Translations under genes and position numbers: made by a program | Assembly: GCA_036655755.1 (NCBI GenBank) | Contig: JAVVPN010000005.1 | Span: 1 to 62,745, forward strand | DNA from: Bacteroidales bacterium | GTDB taxonomy: Bacteria; Bacteroidota; Bacteroidia; Bacteroidales; JAUNSR01 | Length of the DNA: 62,745 nucleotides | Direction of reading: 5' to 3' | Shown: piece after piece, positions 58,150 to 62,745 of the stretch | Layout of the letters: every line of letters begins with the position of its first letter | How positions within the stretch are numbered: the stretch's first letter is position 1 | The notes under the pieces: model-generated | Databases searched by the model: none | The model's input: only the letters and a program-made list of their open reading frames with translations | What the model was told of the DNA's origin: nothing

Positions 58150-59037
58150 TTAATCGAGGAATCGCTTCGTAATACCGTCATACGCTTCGATACGACGGTC
58201 GCGTAGGAACGGCCACCAACGGCGCACGTTTTCAGAGCGCGTCATATCCACCTCTACCACGGTGTTTACCTCTTCGCTGTTACCCGCTTCAAACAGAATT
58301 TCACCCTGTGGCCCCGCTACGAAGCTATTGCCCCAGAAGGTAATGCCATTGGTTTGTTTTGACGGATCGGGCTCCCAACCGGTACGGTTCACCGAAATGA
58401 CAGGCAGTCCGTTTGCCACCGCGTGACCACGCTGCGAGATAACCCATGCGTTTTTCTGACGCGATTTTTCGTCGTCGGTATCCGAGCTTTCCCAACCGAT
58501 GGCGGTAGGATAAATCAGCATATCGGCTCCGCGAAGCGCCATCATACGGGCAGCTTCGGGATACCACTGATCCCAGCATACCAATACGCCCAGTTTACCG
58601 ATCGATGTTTGAATCGGTTCGAAACCAAGGTCGCCCGGTGTAAAATAAAACTTTTCATAATAGGCAGGATCGTCCGGAATGTGCATTTTGCGGTATTTTC
58701 CGGCCATCGATCCGTCTTTATCGAAAACAACGGCCGTATTGTGGTATAGCCCTGCCGCGCGACGCTCAAACAAAGAGGTAACCAATACAATGCCCAATTC
58801 TTTCGCTATCGACGAGTAAAACTCGGTTGAAGGGCCCGGAATCGGTTCGGCAAGGTCGAACAACTGCGTATCTTCGGTCTGACAAAAATAGGGTGTATTG
58901 TGCAGTTCCTGAAGCACTACCAATTCGGCCCCCTGCTTTGCACAATCATGAATATTATTGTAAAGTTTCTGAAGGTTCTCTTTCAGATTGTCGGTGCAAG
59001 TTTGCTGCACCAATCCAACTTTGATTGTTTTAGCCAT
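58150..59037 (-). CDS. aguB: N-carbamoylputrescine amidase (carbon-nitrogen hydrolase)
   Basis: Nitrilase triad in VLQEL, YRKMHIPDDP and VCWDQWYPE; YPTAIGW; adjacent to agmatine deiminase. Confidence 0.9.
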   Translation of the reverse strand: MAKTIKVGLVQQTCTDNLKENLQKLYNNIHDCAKQGAELVVLQELHNTPYFCQTEDTQLFDLAEPIPGPSTEFYSSIAKELGIVLVTSLFERRAAGLYHNTAVVFDKDGSMAGKYRKMHIPDDPAYYEKFYFTPGDLGFEPIQTSIGKLGVLVCWDQWYPEAARMMALRGADMLIYPTAIGWESSDTDDEKSRQKNAWVISQRGHAVANGLPVISVNRTGWEPDPSKQTNGITFWGNSFVAGPQGEILFEAGNSEEVNTVVEVDMTRSENVRRWWPFLRDRRIEAYDGITKRFLD

Positions 59038-59043
59038 TGTATC

Positions 59044-60072
59044 TTATTTTAAAACGTTTACAGGAAATTGCATGGTCACGCAATGAAGCGAACCGTGCTG
59101 TTTAATAAGCGCAGAACAGTCGATTCCTACGATTTCGTATCCGGGGAATGCGTCTTGCAACGCTTTGGCCGCCGCCTCATCGTTGGCAGGCTGATTATAG
59201 GTAGGATATAACACCGCCTTATCCATAATCAGGAAATTGGCATAGGTAGCCGGCAACCGCTCTCCGTCGAACCAAACGGCATCCGCCATCGGCAAGGCGA
59301 CAAGGCGATAAGGTTCGCCCTGCAAGGTGTGGAATGTTTTAAGCTGTTCTTCCATCTGGCGAAGCGCTTCGTAATGTTCGTCCGCGCTATCGGTACATTT
59401 TACATATGCGATGGTATGGTCGGGACAAAGGCGCGCCAACGTATCGATATGACTGTCGGTATCATCGCCCGCCAGATAACCATGGTCTACCCATAATACC
59501 TGTTTCAGCGCAAACGTCTGTTTCAGATACGCCTCGATTTGCTCTTTGCTCCATTCGCCGTTTCGGTTTTTAGAAAGCAAACATTCGGAAGTAGTGAGCA
59601 ACGTACCTTCGCCGTCCGATTCGATGCCTCCCCCTTCGAGTACGAAATTAAGGTGGTTTTCATAACCGGCTGCAAACATACCCGCTTCGGCCAGTTTACC
59701 GGTAATGAGATTATCGTGGTTGGCGGCGAACTTGAGTCCCCAGCCGTTAAACTTAAAATCGCATATTACCGGCTTTCCGTCGCGAATCATCGTGATGGCA
59801 CCATGATCGCGCGCCCAGGTATCGTTGGTATCGCATCGGAAGAAACGCACATGATCCATATTCACTACTTTTTCGATCTGAGCGCGTACCGCTTCGGGAT
59901 CGGGGGTAACGATAAGGAGTAATGTACGGGCCGCGATTTCGCGGGCAAGATCCAGATAACAGGCTTCCACTTCATCGAGCATGTAATCCCAATCTGTTTC
60001 AGCGTGAGGCCAGGTAAGCTGGATACCACTCTGAGCATACCATTCGGCAGGCAAAAAAGTATTATTTGTCAT
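59044..60072 (-). CDS. aguA: Agmatine deiminase family protein
   Basis: PAEW, DTWARDHG, FNGWG.K, LEGGGIESDG, DDTDSHID, GSLHCVTMQ. ATG at 60072. Confidence 0.92.
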   Translation of the reverse strand: MTNNTFLPAEWYAQSGIQLTWPHAETDWDYMLDEVEACYLDLAREIAARTLLLIVTPDPEAVRAQIEKVVNMDHVRFFRCDTNDTWARDHGAITMIRDGKPVICDFKFNGWGLKFAANHDNLITGKLAEAGMFAAGYENHLNFVLEGGGIESDGEGTLLTTSECLLSKNRNGEWSKEQIEAYLKQTFALKQVLWVDHGYLAGDDTDSHIDTLARLCPDHTIAYVKCTDSADEHYEALRQMEEQLKTFHTLQGEPYRLVALPMADAVWFDGERLPATYANFLIMDKAVLYPTYNQPANDEAAAKALQDAFPGYEIVGIDCSALIKQHGSLHCVTMQFPVNVLK

Positions 60073-60093
60073 TATATTCTGATTTTTCTGCCA

Positions 60094-60101
60094 CAAAGAT
60101 A
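60094..60101 (-). promoter_or_regulatory. -7 promoter element for aguAB
   Basis: TATCTTTG on the minus strand. Confidence 0.65.
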
Positions 60102-60155
60102 GCACAAAAGGCGGGGCCGTCAAAAATCACTACATATAGCGATTGCGACAACAAG

Positions 60156-60163
60156 TAATTTTG
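60156..60163 (+). promoter_or_regulatory. -7 promoter element for the TonB receptor
   Basis: TAATTTTG 46 nt upstream of the ATG. Confidence 0.55.
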
Positions 60164-60209
60164 AGGAAATTTGTATATCGTTTGAGAAAACCAGATCATT
60201 AATTAAGAT

Positions 60210-62633
60210 ATGAAAAGATTTTTACTACCTACCTGTCTGTTGATTAACGCAGTAGGGTTTACCATGCACGCAGAGTCGGTGATTACGCCCGAAACGGAAA
60301 CACCAGCCGATTCATCGGTTTTAAAAAACATGTTGCTCGAAGAAGTAGTGATTGTATCCAATCCGAAGGCCAAATTGCGTACGTTCGAAATGCCGGCTTC
60401 CGTATCGGTTTTCAACGCGCAGCGTATCGAGCGCGAAAACATGCTTTCGATCAAAGACTTTTCGGCGGTAGCACCCAACTTCTTTATTCCGGATTACGGT
60501 TCGAAACTGACTACGGCGATTTATATCCGCGGTATCGGAACGCGTACCAACAACTCGGTGGTAGGGATGTATGTGGATAATGTGCCTTACATGGATAAAA
60601 GTATCTTCGATTTCGATTTTCTCGACATTGAGCGGCTCGAAATTCTGCGTGGTCCGCAAAGTACGCTTTATGGACGTAACACGATGGCGGGGCTGATCAA
60701 CATCTATACGAAATCGCCGTTCGATCATCAGTACACGAAAGCGTCGGTATCTTATGGCAACTATAATTCGTTTCGCGCCTACCTTTCACGCTACGGAAAA
60801 ATCAATGATAAACTGGCTTACTCAATGAGCGGACAATACCAGTCGAACGACGGGTATTTTAAAAACATCTATACGGGCAAAAAGGCCGACGATTCAAAAT
60901 CGGCCGACGGGCGTTTTCAGCTTTACTGGCGCCCGAACGAGCGTATGAAGGTGAACCTGACTACCAATTATGAATACAGCACCCAGAACGGATATCCGTA
61001 CGGGTTGTTGAATGAGGAAACGGGCGTCGTAGAATCGGTAAACTACAATGATCCGGGCTCATACCGCCGTAATCTGTCGGCTACCAGCTTATTCGTTGAG
61101 AACCAATTCGACGGGTTTACAATGACCAACTCTACCGGTTATCAGTTTTTCGACGACCACATGGCGCTCGATCAGGATTTTACCGACAAATCTTATTTCA
61201 CGCTCAATCAAAAGCAACGTCAGCACTCATCGTCGCATGAAATCGTTTTCAAATCAAAAAAGGAAACCAATTTTAAATGGTTGGCCGGAGCGTTCGGATT
61301 CTACCAGCACCTCTTTACGGATGCGCCGGTAAATTTCAAAAAGCAAGGAATCGACGAGATGATCAACAACAATATCAAGATTCCGGCTATTCCGATACAA
61401 ATGGGCCCGACATCCGCAACCATGCTGATTACCGACTCGCTGATCAATAAAAACATGGTGATCGATGGCAAATTCACCACTCCGACATGGGGAGTGGCCG
61501 GGTATACCCAGCTTACTTATGACAACCTGTTTGTAAAAGGGCTTTCGGTTTCGGCCGGAGTGCGTCTGGATTATGAAAAGGCGAAAATCGATTACGATTC
61601 GTACGCTACCGCCTATGCCAAAGGTGCGATCGACATGCAGGTTGGTCCGGTAGTGCGTCCGATCACCTCTTTTATCGACACACTGGCTATACAAATCAAG
61701 GGAAAACAAAAACTCGATAACCTGGAGGTGTTGCCACGCTTCGATATTCGTTATACTCCGAATGACAAGTGCATGGCATATGCTTCGATTGCAAAAGGAT
61801 ACCGCGCGGGAGGATTCAACTTTCAGATGTTTTCGGACGCGATCCGCGACCAATTGAAAAGCCGCATGATCGGTGCCTTTATCGCGCAGGCAGATAAACA
61901 AGGCATGGGTGATCGCTTACCAGATAACATCCGCGAAATGGCGGTATTGCCGGAGTTTAATGAGCGAGCAGCGGTGGTTTACAAACCGGAACACAGCTGG
62001 AACTATGAAGTGGGAGCGCGTGCTGAAGTATTGAGTAAAACATTGTTTGTCGATCTGTCGGCATTCTATATCGATGTACGCAATCAGCAGGTATCCACTT
62101 TTTCGGAAGACGGCTTAGGACGCATCACGAAGAACTCAGGTAAATCACGTAGCTTCGGTGCGGAGCTGGGTATCCGTTATTTCCCATTGCCACAACTTGC
62201 GTTCACAGCAAACTATGGCTATACGAATGCTAAATTCATTGAAAACAGTGAATATAAAAAGATAAACGGCAAACTCACGCTGATTGATTATAAGGATAAA
62301 TACGTTCCGTTCGCGCCCGAACATACGCTTTCGGTAGCCGGTAACTATTTGCTGACACTTAACCGCTCATGGATCGACAACATGAACTTTAACGCACAAT
62401 ACGCTGGCGGAGGTCGCATTTACTGGACGGAAGACAACTCGCAGTATCAGAACTTCTATGGTACGTTGAGTGCCAAAGTTACGGCCCGCAAAGGGATTGT
62501 AGAGGTGGGATTATGGGGTAAGAACCTTACGAATGCCAACTACAAAGCGTTCTATTTCGAGTCTTTAGGCCGTAAGCTTGCCCAGAAAGGGATGCCCCTT
62601 ACATTCGGCGGCGAGGTGACTGTAAGATTCTGA
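60210..62633 (+). CDS. TonB-dependent receptor (non-SusC; vitamin or metal-chelate type)
   Basis: LEEVVIVS TonB box; plug IYIRGIG..VGMYVDNVP..IERLEILRGPQSTLYGRN; C-terminal FGGEVTVRF. Confidence 0.93.
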   Translation: MKRFLLPTCLLINAVGFTMHAESVITPETETPADSSVLKNMLLEEVVIVSNPKAKLRTFEMPASVSVFNAQRIERENMLSIKDFSAVAPNFFIPDYGSKLTTAIYIRGIGTRTNNSVVGMYVDNVPYMDKSIFDFDFLDIERLEILRGPQSTLYGRNTMAGLINIYTKSPFDHQYTKASVSYGNYNSFRAYLSRYGKINDKLAYSMSGQYQSNDGYFKNIYTGKKADDSKSADGRFQLYWRPNERMKVNLTTNYEYSTQNGYPYGLLNEETGVVESVNYNDPGSYRRNLSATSLFVENQFDGFTMTNSTGYQFFDDHMALDQDFTDKSYFTLNQKQRQHSSSHEIVFKSKKETNFKWLAGAFGFYQHLFTDAPVNFKKQGIDEMINNNIKIPAIPIQMGPTSATMLITDSLINKNMVIDGKFTTPTWGVAGYTQLTYDNLFVKGLSVSAGVRLDYEKAKIDYDSYATAYAKGAIDMQVGPVVRPITSFIDTLAIQIKGKQKLDNLEVLPRFDIRYTPNDKCMAYASIAKGYRAGGFNFQMFSDAIRDQLKSRMIGAFIAQADKQGMGDRLPDNIREMAVLPEFNERAAVVYKPEHSWNYEVGARAEVLSKTLFVDLSAFYIDVRNQQVSTFSEDGLGRITKNSGKSRSFGAELGIRYFPLPQLAFTANYGYTNAKFIENSEYKKINGKLTLIDYKDKYVPFAPEHTLSVAGNYLLTLNRSWIDNMNFNAQYAGGGRIYWTEDNSQYQNFYGTLSAKVTARKGIVEVGLWGKNLTNANYKAFYFESLGRKLAQKGMPLTFGGEVTVRF

Positions 62634-62661
62634 TCGCATTGATCAAATAACATATTATAAT

Positions 62662-62715
62662 ATATAAGAAAGCGGCATCTTTTCACACGTGTGAAAAGAT
62701 GCCGCTTTCTTATAT
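62662..62715. terminator. 54-bp perfect spacerless palindrome after the TonB receptor (probable bidirectional terminator)
   Basis: ATATAAGAAAGCGGCATCTTTTCACAC|GTGTGAAAAGATGCCGCTTTCTTATAT. Confidence 0.75.
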
Positions 62716-62745
62716 TGTAACCGTACGGGTTATGATGAAAACTGG

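Noticed and set aside
60102-60209. TPP riboswitch upstream of the TonB receptor
   Set aside because: Only scattered fragments (CGGGG, TGAGA, GATC) without the P2-P5 pairings, and the predicted leader is about 40 nt.

Overview
Chromosomal window from a Bacteroidales bacterium, inferred from the TAnnTTTG promoter boxes, a SusC/SusD pair, GldH and a T9SS C-terminal sorting domain. I found no integrase, transposase, phage structural gene or CRISPR array. The left half is mostly housekeeping: partial tRNA-Met(CAT), START-like protein, LptF/G permease, ribBA, aspC, Lrp regulator/metY, GH20, dnaE, trxA, zapA-rny-ricT-gldH, the purH-mreBCD-mrdA-rodA block, a U32 protein and metA. The right half is accessory: a minimal PUL (regulator-susC-susD-GH3), a T9SS PKD protein, two GH2 enzymes, an SGNH esterase, an SPFH protein, a seven-gene TonB/ABC operon, aguAB and a second TonB receptor. 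Five observations stand out. (1) An uncharacterised seven-gene envelope system at 48688-57923 pairs a TonB-dependent transporter with two lipoproteins, a second beta-barrel and an exporter-type ABC module with a degenerate ATPase; a putative Fur box overlaps its promoter. (2) The PUL sensor-regulator is split by one in-frame TAA where the conserved P-W-Y tyrosine is expected. (3) rny lies directly next to a ricT gene with a long disordered tail and is bracketed by two long RNA hairpins. (4) Two dispersed copies of a 22-bp-unit repeat element share a leader sequence. (5) A GTAG-type REP doublet sits inside the mreBC operon. Family names come from motif recognition and recall only; no searches were run.
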